Assembly (NCBI GenBank): GCA_950097015.1
Contig: CATNEN010000008.1
Location: forward strand, 620,001-684,000
DNA: 64,000 nucleotides
Direction: 5' to 3'
From: Macrostomum hystrix
Lineage: Eukaryota; Animalia; Platyhelminthes
Shown here piece after piece: positions 46,469 through 58,423 of this stretch; positions within the stretch are counted from its first letter, which is position 1; the number at the start of each line of letters is the position of its first letter. The position numbers and the translations under genes were made by a program. The notes under the pieces are model-generated. The model ran no database searches and had not been told where the DNA came from. It was given only the letters and a program-made list of their open reading frames with translations.

Positions 46469-49400
46469 TCAGTCGCCAAGCACCAACTTTCTAACGGTGC
46501 GACTGCCACCGCTGCCGCCGCCACCGCTGCTGCCAGCTCCACTGCTGCCAGCACCGCTGCTGCCAGCACCGCCGGCGGGTCGTCGAGGTCCCTGACGGCC
46601 CTGATTGACTTCGATGCTGTAAACTACGGGCTTCTTAGCTGGAACAGCCTCGGAGCTGGACGATGCCGATGGCATGACCGGCTCGTTATAATAAATGTTG
46701 CCACTGTAGCCGGCTGATTGATTCTCGCGCTCCGAGCCTCCGCTGGGCCAACGCTGGTGCTGCTGCTGCTGCTGCTGCTGATACTGCTGTAGCATCTTAG
46801 CAGACGGCTTTGGTTTGGTAGTGGCAGAAGCCGATGCAGCAGACGCTGCAGTCGTGGCTCTAGGCGCAGTTTTCTTTGGCGATTTAAACAGACGGTGACG
46901 CTGCATGGCAACGGTTTGAGGAGCTGTGTGAGCAGGCTGCTGCTGCTGCTGCACGGAAGTTCCAGCCGATAGTCGATTCCTATCGCTCAGAACCATATTT
47001 GTCGAACTGAGGCTAGCTGACAACGAAGATGCCGCGGTGTCGATCGCAGCAGAAGCAGCAGCAGCGGTGATGGTGGAAGCCGAGCGGGTGGCGCCTAAAA
47101 ATGATTCAATATAGTCGACTTTATAGATGTCAAGAATTAGTGACTAGGTATTATTGCAGTCCATCGACTTGGAAATAAAATACATTCTAGAATATCTATT
47201 ACTTAGGGATAATTGACTGTTCAAGAATATCTATTATTTAGGGATAATTGACTGTTCAAGAATATCTATTATTTAGGGATAATTGACCATTCTAGAATAT
47301 CTATTTACTTTGGGATAATTGACTATTCTAGAATATCTATTATTTAGGGATAATTGACCATTCTAGAATATCTATTATTCAGGGATAAATGACCATTCTA
47401 GAATATCTATTATTCAGGGATAAATGACCATTCTAGAATATCTATTATTCAGGGATAAATGACCATTCTAGAATATCTATTATTTTGGGATAATTGACCA
47501 TTCTAGAATATCTATTTACTTTGGGATAATTGACTATTCTAGAATATCTATTATTTAGGGATAATTGACCATTCTAGAATATCTATTATTCAGGGATAAA
47601 TGACCATTCTAGAATATCTATTATTCAGGGATAAATGACCATTCTAGAATATCTATTATTCAGGGATAAATGACCATTCTAGAATATCTATTATTTAGGG
47701 ATAAATGACCATTCTAGAATATCTATTATTTAGGGATAAATGACCATTCTAGAATATCTATTATTCAGGGATAAATGACCATTCTAGAATATCTATTATT
47801 CAGGGATAAATGACCATTCTAGAATATCTATTATTCAGGGATAATTGACCATTCTAGAATATCTATTTATTTAGGGATAATTGACCATTCTAGAATATCG
47901 AGTAATTAAGGAATGAGTTGAAAATTATAGAATATCGATCCTTTTTTGGCACTCACCGGAGGCCACAAAGGATCTAGGTGTCACACTGGCAGCCTGAGTC
48001 TCGACCGGGTAGGAGCTGCGCATGTGCATAGGCTGGCGCTCATTGCGTTGCTGCAGTTCAGCAATGCGCTTCCACTCCAACAGGTTGGCGTCCTCATCTT
48101 CACAGGACAGCTCATTGCCACCGCGTCGCTTGCCGCCGCCGCCGAGTTTGCCAGCGGCCCCGCCGTCGCCAGCATTGCTATTTACAAACGGACGGCGATC
48201 AAATATTGGTGAGGCCAATAAGTCCAGATCGGAGCTGGTCCGGCGAAGCCGACGCTGTGCTGCAGAGATCGGCGCCGACTGCGGCGGCGTTGTCGACTGG
48301 GAGCCGTCCGGCGAGTTAACGATGCCGCCATTCCGGCGCTGCTGGCCTCGCTGCTGCTGCTGCTGCTGCTGAAGTTCAGCCACAGCCTCTTCGAGCTGTT
48401 GGCAGCGAGCCAGTAGGCGCTCCTTCATCTCCGACTCTTCATCGCGCTCTTCGATGGCCTTCTTTAGAGCAGCTTTGCGCCTGTCGCCAGATTCAACTAG
48501 GCTGGCCTGTTCCATTTCGCGCTGGCGCAGACTGGCCCGCAGTTGCTGGGCCTGCGAGATTGGCAGGTCAGTGGGTTTAGCAGAGCCTTGTTCACTATCA
48601 ATGCTAGTGGGTTTAGCAGAGCCTTGTTCACTATCAATGCTAGTGGGTTTAGCAGAGCCTTGTTCACTATCAATGCTAGTGGGTTTAGCAGAGCCTTGTT
48701 CACTATCAATGCTAGTTTAGCAGTGCCTTGTTCACTATCAATGCTAGTGGGTTTAGCAGTGCCTTGTTCACTATCAATGCTAGTGGGTTTAGCAGAGCCC
48801 TGTTCACTATCAATGCTAGTGGGTTTAGCAGAGCCTTGTTCACTATCAATGCTAGTGGGTTTAGCAGAGCCTTGTTCACTATCAATGCTAGTGGGTTTAG
48901 CAGAGCCTTGTTCACTATCAATGCTAGTGGGTTTAGCAGTGCCTTGTTCACTATCAATGCTAGTGGGTTTAGCAGTGCCTTGTTCACTATCAATGCTAGT
49001 GGGTTTAGCAGTGCCTTGTTCACTATCAATGCTAGTGGGTTTAGCAGTGCCTTGTTCACTATCAATGCTAGTGGGTTTAGCAGTGCCTTGTTCACTATCA
49101 ATGCTAGTGGGTTTAGCAGTGCCTTGTTCACTATCAATGCTAGTGGGTTTAGCAGAGCCCTGTTCACTATCAATGCTAGTGGGTTTAGCAGAGCCTTGTT
49201 CACTATCAATGCTAGTGGGTTTAGCAGTGCCTTGTTCACTATCAATGCTAGTGGGTTTAGCAGTGCCTTGTTCACTATCAATGCTAGTGGGTTTAGCAGT
49301 GCCTTGTTCACTATCAATGCTAGTGGGTTTAGCAGTGCCTTGTTCACTATCAATGCTAGTGGGTTTAGCAGTGCCTTGTTCACTATCAATGCTAGTGGGT

Positions 49401-52400
49401 TTAGCAGTGCCTTGTTCACTATCAATGCTAGTGGGTTTAGCAGTGCCTTGTTCACTATCAATGCTAGTGGGCTTTATTATGTAGGTTTAGCAGCGTTTTT
49501 ATTAATACAAATGGATTAATGGACTAACGGTCCCTAATCTGTCCCTAACCTCTGCTTTAGAGGCCTCCAGTGCCGCCTCGGTCGCCTCCAACTGGCTGGC
49601 CAACCGGTCGGTCACGGCCTTGGCCTCGCGCTGAGCCTCTTCGCGCGCCGCCGCCGAGGCTCTCAGCTCCGCCCCGCTGCGCTGTCTACTGTTCCGATAC
49701 TGCAACTCCTGCAGCTGGTCCTGCAGCTCAGCCAGCTGCAGCTCGACTTTGGCGCGCGCCTCCCGCTGTCTGGCAGCTTCGTCCGACTCGGTCAGCAGTC
49801 GCTCGCCGGCAGCAATCAATTCGCGACGCAATCTGGCGGTCTCGCGTTGCAGCTCCTCCAGCTGGCAGGAGGTCAGCGTCAACCGGTTGGAGATTCGGTC
49901 TAGCTCCGCTTCGCGATTCAGCAATTCGTCCTCTCGATCTGCCAGCCTTCGCTGCAGACTGTCGGCTTTGCGCTGGACTCGTTCCCGCTCGGCGGCGGCC
50001 GACTCGGTGGCCGCCTCAGCCGCCTGACGGGCCTTTGTTTCAGCGATTCAGAAGCAGTTTTGTGTTGATAAAACAATGGGCTTAAGACAAAAAAATGCCA
50101 AAAAAGCAACACATTTTCGTCCCTAAAATTTTTTTTGACTTTGTCAAGTTAGTTCTTTTCTAAGCTCCCCCTGTAAGTCTTGTGCTCTTTTAACTCTAGT
50201 TTCTCGAGCCCTATGCCATTATCCTCTACCCACTCTGCCTCCAGAATTCTCTACACTTATATTATCCTCCAACGCCTCTCATACAATGATTTATAACTGT
50301 CTACCATATTTATATTACACTCTCATATCCTACACTCTCTCATATCCTACACACTCTCATATCCTACACTCTAACACCCTACACTCTCTCATATTCTAGT
50401 CTCTCATATCCTACTCTCTCATATCCTACACTCTCTTGTCCTACTCTCTCATATCCTACACTCTCTCATATCCTAAACTCTCTCAAATCCTACACTCTCA
50501 TGTCCTACACTCTCATGTCCTACACTCTCTCATGTTCTAGTCTCTCATATCCTACACTCTCATATCCAACACTCTCTCATATTCTAGTCTCTCATATCCT
50601 ACACTCTCTCATATCCTAAACTCTCTCATATCCTACACTCTCTCATATCCTACACTCTATCATATCCTACACTCTCTCATATCCTAAACTCTCTCATATC
50701 CTACACTCTCTCATATCCTACACTCTCATATCCTACACTCTAACACCCTACACTCTCTCATATTCTAGTCTCTCATATCCTAAACTCTCTTCTGTCCTAC
50801 ACTCTCTTGTCCTACTCTCTCATATCCTACACTCTCATATCCTACACTCTCATATCCTACACTCTCATATCCTACACTCTCATATCCTACACTCTTTCAT
50901 ATCCTACACTCTTTCATATCCTAAACTCTCTCATATCCTAAACTCTCTCATATCCTACACTCTCATATCCTACACTCTTTCATATCCTACACTCTTTCAT
51001 ATCCTAAACTCTCTCATATCCTAAACTCTCTCATATCCTACACTCTCTCATATCCTACACTCTCTCATATCCTACACTCTCATATCCTACACTCTCATAT
51101 CCTACACTCTCATATCCTACACTCTCATATCCTACACTCTTTCATATCCTACACTCTTTCATATCCTAAACTCTCTCATATCCTACACTCTCTCATATCC
51201 TACACTCTCATATCCTACACTCTCATATCCTACACTCTCTCATATCCTACACTCTATCATATCCTACACTCTCTCATATCCTACACTCTCATATCCTACA
51301 CTCTTCATATCCTACACTCTTCATATCCTAAACTCTCTCATATCCTAAACTCTCTCATATCCTACACTCTCTCATATCCTACACTCTCTCATATCCTACA
51401 CTCTCATATCCTACACTCTTTCATATCCTACTCTCTCATATCCTACACTCTCATATCCTACACTCTCATATCCTACACTCTCATATCCTACACTCTCTCA
51501 TATCCTACACTCTCATATCCTACACTCTCTCATATCCTACACTCTCATATCCTACACTCTCTCATATCCTACACTCCTCATATCCTACACTCTCTCATAT
51601 CCTACACTCTCTCATATCCTACACTCTCATATCCTACACTCTCTCATATCCTACACTCTCTCATATCCTACACTCTCATATCCTACACTCTCATATCCTA
51701 CACTCTCATATCCTACACTCTCATATCCTACACTCTCATATCCTACACTCTCTCATATCCTACACTCTCATATCCTACACTCTCATATCCTACACTCTCT
51801 CATATCCTACACTCTCTCATATCCTACACTCTCATATCCTACACTCTCATATCCTACACTCTCATATCCTACACTCTCATATCCTACACTCTCTCATATC
51901 CTACACTCTCATATCCTACACTCTCTCATATCCTACACTCTCATATCCTACACTCTCTCATATCCTACACTCTCATATCCTACACTCTCTCATATCCTAC
52001 ACTCTCATATCTACACTCTCTCATATCCTACACTCTCTCATATCCTACACTCTCTCATATCCTACACTCTCTCATATCCTACACTCTCTCATATCCTACA
52101 CTCTCATATCTACACTCTCTCATATCCTACACTCTCATATCCTACACTCTCTCATATCCTACACTCTCTCATATCCTACACTCTCTCATATCCTACACTC
52201 TCATATCCTACACTCTCATATCCTACACTCTCTCATATCCTACACTCTCTCATATCTATCCTCCACACTCTCGCATGTTTTCATTCACCGTCTTTCACAT
52301 TATTCGCCGTCACTCCCACTAAAAAGATTTTCTACAGCATTTTTCTCTCATTTAAACGCACAGCTACAATACAAAGCAATTAAGAGCCCAAACCTTGGCC

Positions 52401-55400
52401 AGCTCGGTATCCATCTTGGATTTCTCGCCCTGAGCAGCCTCTAGTTGGGCCTCTCGATCAGCCAGCTGTTTATCCTTATCCATCAGGCTGTCGCGCATTA
52501 GGCGCAGCTCCTCCTGCAGATCTTTGCAACGGCGATCCAGACCTTCGGCTTGGCGACGCGCGTCCAATAGCTCAGCTGATGGCTCAGCGTTGACCGCGGC
52601 GGCGGCCGCAGCGGCAACCTCACATTCAAGCTTGGCTAGACGCTCTTTAGCGGAGTCCAGCTCCAATTGAGTAGCGGTTAGTTCACCCTCGAGACGTAGA
52701 TGAGCGTCAGCCGCAATGGCCTGTTGAGCCTCCAGCTGCTCGTGCAGATCAGCTACCCTGCGTTCGTTTGCCTTGTAAAATGGAATGAAATAGAATGAAA
52801 TGGAATGAATTGTATGGGATTATAAATGTACCCTCGTAATGATGACAACATTGGTCTAATGCTTCTGCTCCCCTAAGGGAGGTTAAAATTGCTAGTCTAA
52901 TGCACTAAATTTAGGTGCTAAAAAGATGACGGAGCCCAAAAATTATCATAGTTACTCGCGCCATTTATCATAATTTCCAATGGCTTACCTTGGCTGCCGA
53001 GTCGAAGGCGGTCTTCAATTCGGCGATTTCGACCAGCGCCTGATCCCTGGCTGAGCGCAGACCCTGCACTAATTGGCGCTTCTCGTTCAGCGCCGCCTCG
53101 GCTTCGGAGCGAGCCTCGGCTAGACGCCTGTCGGCTTCTTCCAGCGCCGCCGAGCACTTCTCCCTGGTGGTGTGAACCTCCTGGCTGCTAGCTTGCCGGG
53201 CCTGCTGAAGCTCCTCATTAGCCTGGGCTAGCTCGGCTGATAACTGCTCATAATCCTTTGAATACTTCAGCTTGGTGTCCTCCAGCTGACGACTGGCAGA
53301 TTGCAGCTGGTTGCGCAACGACTCAGACTCAGCATGGGCGGTCATCAGATCTTTGATCGTGGCCTCTAGTTTAGCCTCAGTCTCTTCAAGGTTATCGGAT
53401 AGGCAGTGAATGCCAGCGTTGTGCTGTGCTACTAACTGCTCGGATTTCTCCAGTGCCTGATCGAGGGTACGGAGGGGTAATCTGGCTTGTATAGAAATAC
53501 TGATCAATAAAGGAAATCGATACTAATCACTTCAGGAAATCGATAGTGATCACTTCAGGAAATCGATAACTGATCACTTCAGGAAATTGATACTAATTGC
53601 TTCTGGAAATCGATGCTGATCGTTTTACTAAATCTATTCCTAGACTGATCGCCTTAGGAAATCGATACTTATTGCTTCAGGAATTAAATACTAATTGCTT
53701 CTGAAAATCAATACTAATTGCTTCTGGAAATCGATGCTGATAGTTTTACTAAATCTATTCCTAGACTGATCGCTTTAGGAAATCGATACTGATTGCTTCA
53801 GGAAATCAATACTGATTGCTTCAGGAAATCAATACTGATTGCTTCAGGAAATCGATACTGATTGCTTCAAGAAATCTATATTGATCGCCGTTTTGAAACC
53901 GATGCTGATTGCTTCAGGAAATCGATACTGATCACTTTAGGAAATCAAAACTAATTGCTTCTGGAAATCAATACTAATTGCTTCTGGAAATCAATACTAA
54001 TTGCTTCAGGAAATCAATACTAATTGCTTCCGGAAATCGATGCTAATCGCTTTAGGAATTCGATACTAATTGACTCAGGAAATCGATAACTATCACTTCA
54101 TAAATGGATAGTAATGAATATTTTAAACAATCAGTAAGTAGTGACTTACATTTTTTAGCTGCTCGAGCAGTTCTAGCATGCTCAATAGCTCAGCATCTTT
54201 TTCTTCAACTTCCTTTTGCTTGTCGGCCACTTCAACTTCCAGACGGCAGACTGATTCGCGCAGCTTGTCATCTTCGGCCTGGACTTCAGCAGCGCGATCC
54301 CTGGAGTCGGCAACTTCAAGCTGTAGCGCCTCTATACTCAAATCCTTCTCGGCTAGTTCGCGTTTGAGTCTATTGACGCTGGCCTCATAAGAGGCGGCCG
54401 ATTCTTTGGCGGCCAAGATACTTGACTTGGCCTCGGCTAAAGCGGTCTCCTTGGCTGCGACCTCCTCCGCGGAGGCTTCGGCATTCAGGCGAGCTTCCAG
54501 ACGCTCCATCTGAGCAACGCCTAACTCGGCTTCGAATCGAGTCCGCTCCTCCGTGACTCGCTTGAGCTCGGCTCTAGCCGACTCTAACTCCTGCTCAAGG
54601 TAATAGATCTTCTTCTCGGTGACTCCGAACAGCGTCTCGGAGGCTGCCGCGTCGGCGGCGGCTTCAGCGACCGTGGACGAGTCGTCCAGACGGGAACTCA
54701 TCTCGGCCAGCTGTTGACGCATCTCGGCGCAGCGACGTTCGGCTGCCTGAGCAGCGTCCTGAGCCTCTTTCTTGGCTTGCAGCAGGCGGTTGATTTCCCT
54801 GAGTGTGGCCATTGTTTGATCATGAAAGATCGACCACTAGCATCTGGCTCATTGTACCAGATTCTGGCCTGCTAATCTATGGCTCATTGTACCAGATTCT
54901 GGCCTGCTAATCTATGGCTCATTGTACCAGATTCTGGCCTGCTAATCTATGGCTCATTGTACCAGATTCTGGCCTGCTAATCTGTGGCTCACTGTACCAG
55001 ATTCTGGCCTGCTAATCTATGGCTCATTGTACCAGATTCTGGCCTGCTAATCTATGGCTCATTGTACCAGATTCTGGCCTGCTAATCTGTGGCTCACTGT
55101 ACCAGATTCTGGCCTGCTAATCTATGGCTCATTGTACCAGATTCTGGCATGCTAGTCTATGGCTCACTGTACCAGATTCTGGCCTGCTAATCTGTGGCTC
55201 ACTGTACCAGATTCTGGCCTGCTAGTCTATGGCTCATTGTACCAGATTCTGGCCTGCTAATCTATGGCTCATTGTACCAGATTCTGGCCTGCTAATCTAT
55301 GGCTCACTGTACCAGATTCTGGCCTGCTAATCTGTGGCTCACTGTACCAGATTCTGGCCTGCTAATCTGTGGCTCACTGTACCAGATTCTGGCCTGCTAA

Positions 55401-58400
55401 TCTGTGGCTCACTGTACCAGATTCTGGCCTGCTAATCTATGGCTCACTGTACCAGATTCTAGCCTGCTAATCTATGGCTCACTGTACCAGATTCTGGCCT
55501 GCTAATCTATGGCTCACTGTACCAGATTCTAGCCTGCTAATCTGTGGCTCACTGTACCAGATTCTGGCCTGCTAATCTATGGCTCACTGTACCAGATTCT
55601 GGCCTGCTAATCTGTGGCTCACTGTACCAGATTCTGGCCTGCTAATCTATGGCTCATTGTACCAGATTCTGGCATGCTAATCTATGGCTCACTGTACCAG
55701 ATTCTGGCCTGCTAATCTATGGCTCATTGTACCAGATTCTGGCATGCTAGTCTATGGCTAATTGTACCAGATTCTGGCATGCTAGTCTATGGCTAATTGT
55801 ACCAGATTCTGGCCTGCTAATCTGTGGCTCATTGTACCAGATTCTGGCATGCTAATCTATGGCTCATTGTACCAGATTCTGGCATGCTAGTCTATGGCTA
55901 ATTGTACCAGATTCTGGCCTGCTAATCTGTGGCTCACTGTACCAGATTCTGGCCTGCTAATCTATGGCTCATTGTACCAGATTCTGGCCTGCTAGTCTAT
56001 GGCTAATTGTACCAGATTCTGGCATGCTAATCTATGGCTCATTGTACCAGATTCTGGCCTCCTAATATATGCTTTGTTGCAGCAGATTTAGGCCAGTAAT
56101 TCTTTGTTTTGTTTAATAAAGATTCAGATTTTATTTTTAAAAAAGTTTTTGTAGGAGGGCTTTGGGAACTGGCACATTTTTTGGGTACAGTAGACCCTCT
56201 GACTTTCCCATATTCATGCTATAGTCTATTTATGGTGACCATTGCACGACAAGTCCCCCAAGCCCTCTCTAGTGCCCGATAATCGATCGATGCAGGAATG
56301 TTAAGAAGATGAATAGAAGCAAACAGCCTACCTATTAGCTTCAGTGAGTTCATGATTGAGCTGCTCAAAGTGTTCCTGAGCCTCACGCAGAGTGCAACTG
56401 CCCTGACGATTAGCTTGCATCTGTTCGATCGCAGCGCGCATCCTGTCCCGATCCTGCTGCAGCCGGACAAACTCGTGCTCAAGCGTGCTGTATCGATCTG
56501 CGTAGACGCTCATCTCGTTCAACATCCCGTTGACATTGTCCAACTGGTCGGCCAGGCCAGATAGGCGTTGGTTTTCTTCGCGTAGCTCGGCCAGTTCCTC
56601 ATTCTGATGGGACAGTTCAGATCGGCAGCGGCGCAGCTTCTCCTCCTGTTCGGCGAAGTCCTGCTCGCGTTTAGCTAGCTGGCTCTGATGGCGCGGAGGA
56701 TCGACGATTGTGAGGACGAGGGGGCTGAGGATAAATGACTAAATTCAAAAGCTTACACTAATATTAATAATAATAACTGCAGGTGGGCTGCGGGCAATGG
56801 CACATAGTTTGGTGACACTAGACCCGCTGCCAGCGAGGAGGCAATTCTGCCCATTTCGCTGACTCCTGAGCACACACGCACACAGGTGTGTACATCTGCC
56901 CCAACTTTCTCATCGTCAAGCAGTGTACACTCTCTTTGTGCCTTGGAGGTTGGCCCTCAAGGGCTTAAATTGCACGACAAGCCACCAAGCCTTCTCTCCG
57001 CGGCTGCGCGGAATCGAGCTTAGGGACTTAACCGCTCAACCACCAAATCCCAAAGCTTCACGAAGCTAACCTGCATATCCATCAGCTGCTGTTCCAGCAT
57101 GTCTTTCAAAGCAATTTCCGACTGCAATCTTTGGTTCAATTGGTTATAGTCATCTAGAGTCGATGCTGTAGCGGCCAATGACGAACCAGCCGCTGCCAAC
57201 GGAGGCCTCTGACGGCATCGTCGACTGGCTAGCGGCGAGGCAGCGAGAAATCGTTTCAAAGGCGACGCGGCGATGTCACCGGCGGCTATGTCGGCCGAAT
57301 TTGAGCCCGACACGGCGGCGGATGACGCTGCAGCAGCCGCCGCGGCAGCAGCAGCGGCCGACGCAGCCGATGGAAACAAAACCCGGGCCAGATGCGGAGC
57401 CAGATGCGGGCTAGTTGATGGTCCGGAGAGGCCGCCGTTTGCGCCGCTAACCGATGGCGAGCTGGAATTGTCGATGTGCAGGGCGCGCAGGCTCTCTAAC
57501 GATAGGCAGCCATCGTCGGTTTCCAACAATTGCCGAGTTAGAGACATCACCGTCCGCTGACTATTCGGTCCGAGACGATCGGCGGCTGCGGCGACGCGGG
57601 CCTGCGAGCTGCCAGTCTGAAGCCAGGCGCCAAGAAGCAGCAGGCAGAGGCGGAGGGCCTGCCGGGATGTTTGAGATGGGGGTAAATGGTTGACGATACT
57701 TGAGGATAATCAGACTCTTGGGGAACAGTTATGGCTGAGAACTCCTCTACTCTAGTGGAGGGTGAGTGGCCCCTGAGCTCGATTCCGCGGCAAGCCCACA
57801 TTTATTTGGGGCGCAGCCGCAGAGAGAAGGCTTGGTGGCTTGTCGTGCAATTTCAGCCTTTGAGGGCCAACCCCCAAGGCACAGTGAAGTGTACACTGCC
57901 TGACGATGAGAAATTCAGCGCAGTTGAACACCCCTGTGTGAGTGTGTGCCTGCGTACAGTATCTGTGTGCGTGTGTGCTCAGGAAGCAGCGAGATGGGCA
58001 TTGCCTCCTCGCTGGCTGCTATGAATCATAATAGCCTGATAATTTCAAATTAGTGATGCTTCATAAATAAAGCTACAAAAAGGTTGTCTGTCGGCTCACC
58101 TGCAGCTCAAATCCGTGATCCTGGGCCATCAGACATTCCCAGTTAACAAATTTTACTACTCGCACCCTGTAAAAGTCGTCTAGAAACTCTTCTATGGCAG
58201 CGAAACGGGCCATCGGCGAATCGGCCACGGACGATGCTGTGGCGGTTGTTGTCGCAGTGGGACGACAGCAGCCGAGGCTGACGCAGAGGTCGCGCAGCTG
58301 GCGACCGTCTGACAGGCTGGCCTCGCTTGGCGGCCTGCCACCGGGGTCAGGGAGCAGCTGGCCAATCCAAGACAGCAAGCAAGCTCGCCTGGCCGGGTCA

Positions 58401-58423
58401 ATGGGTGCAATAATGTCTTCGTC
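46469..58423 (-). CDS. NUMA1: NuMA/Mud-like spindle protein: HOOK/CH-type head, long coiled coil and NuMA C-terminal motif; exons 58423-58100, 57658-57071, 56684-56332, 54798-54150, 53456-52989, 52771-52394, ~50023-49550, 48551-47957, 47094-46469; start exon not located
   Basis: N-terminus LLSWI...LSDGRQL...IEEFLDDFY...[13 protein letters not shown] (HOOK_N-like) followed by heptad-rich exons. [27 protein letters not shown] resembles the vertebrate NuMA motif RIAELQQRN...PHLKTCYPLES. All nine exons join in frame with GT/AG sites. Confidence 0.72.
47190..47900. repeat. 35-bp minisatellite (ATCTATTATTCAGGGATAAATGACCATTCTAGAAT), last intron of the NuMA-like gene
   Basis: About 20 units. Confidence 0.92.
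48570..49472. repeat. 36-bp minisatellite (GTGGGTTTAGCAG[A/T]GCCTTGTTCACTATCAATGCTA) filling an intron
   Basis: About 25 units in intron 48552-49549. Confidence 0.95.
50320..52255. repeat. 16/18-bp minisatellite (CTCTCATATCCTACA[CT]) in an intron
   Basis: More than 100 units with CT dinucleotide slippage variants. Confidence 0.93.
53510..54100. repeat. Degenerate ~22-bp minisatellite (TGATTGCTTCAGGAAATCGATAC) in an intron
   Basis: Imperfect tandem units fill intron 53457-54149. Confidence 0.85.
54843..56060. repeat. 35-bp minisatellite (GGCCTGCTAATCTATGGCTCATTGTACCAGATTCT) in an intron
   Basis: About 35 units. Confidence 0.95.
56762..57012 (-). mobile_element. tRNA-derived SINE copy (reverse orientation) in a NuMA-like intron
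   Basis: The reverse complement gives AGCTCGATTCC head, GAGAAGGCTTGGTGGCTTGTCGTGCAATTT core and a (TTA)n tail. A further small fragment lies at about 56240-56280. Confidence 0.82.
57755..58020 (+). mobile_element. tRNA-derived SINE copy (forward orientation, 3' truncated) in a NuMA-like intron
   Basis: GGTGAGTGGC...CTGAGCTCGATTCCGCGG head and the same core as the other copies. Confidence 0.82.
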
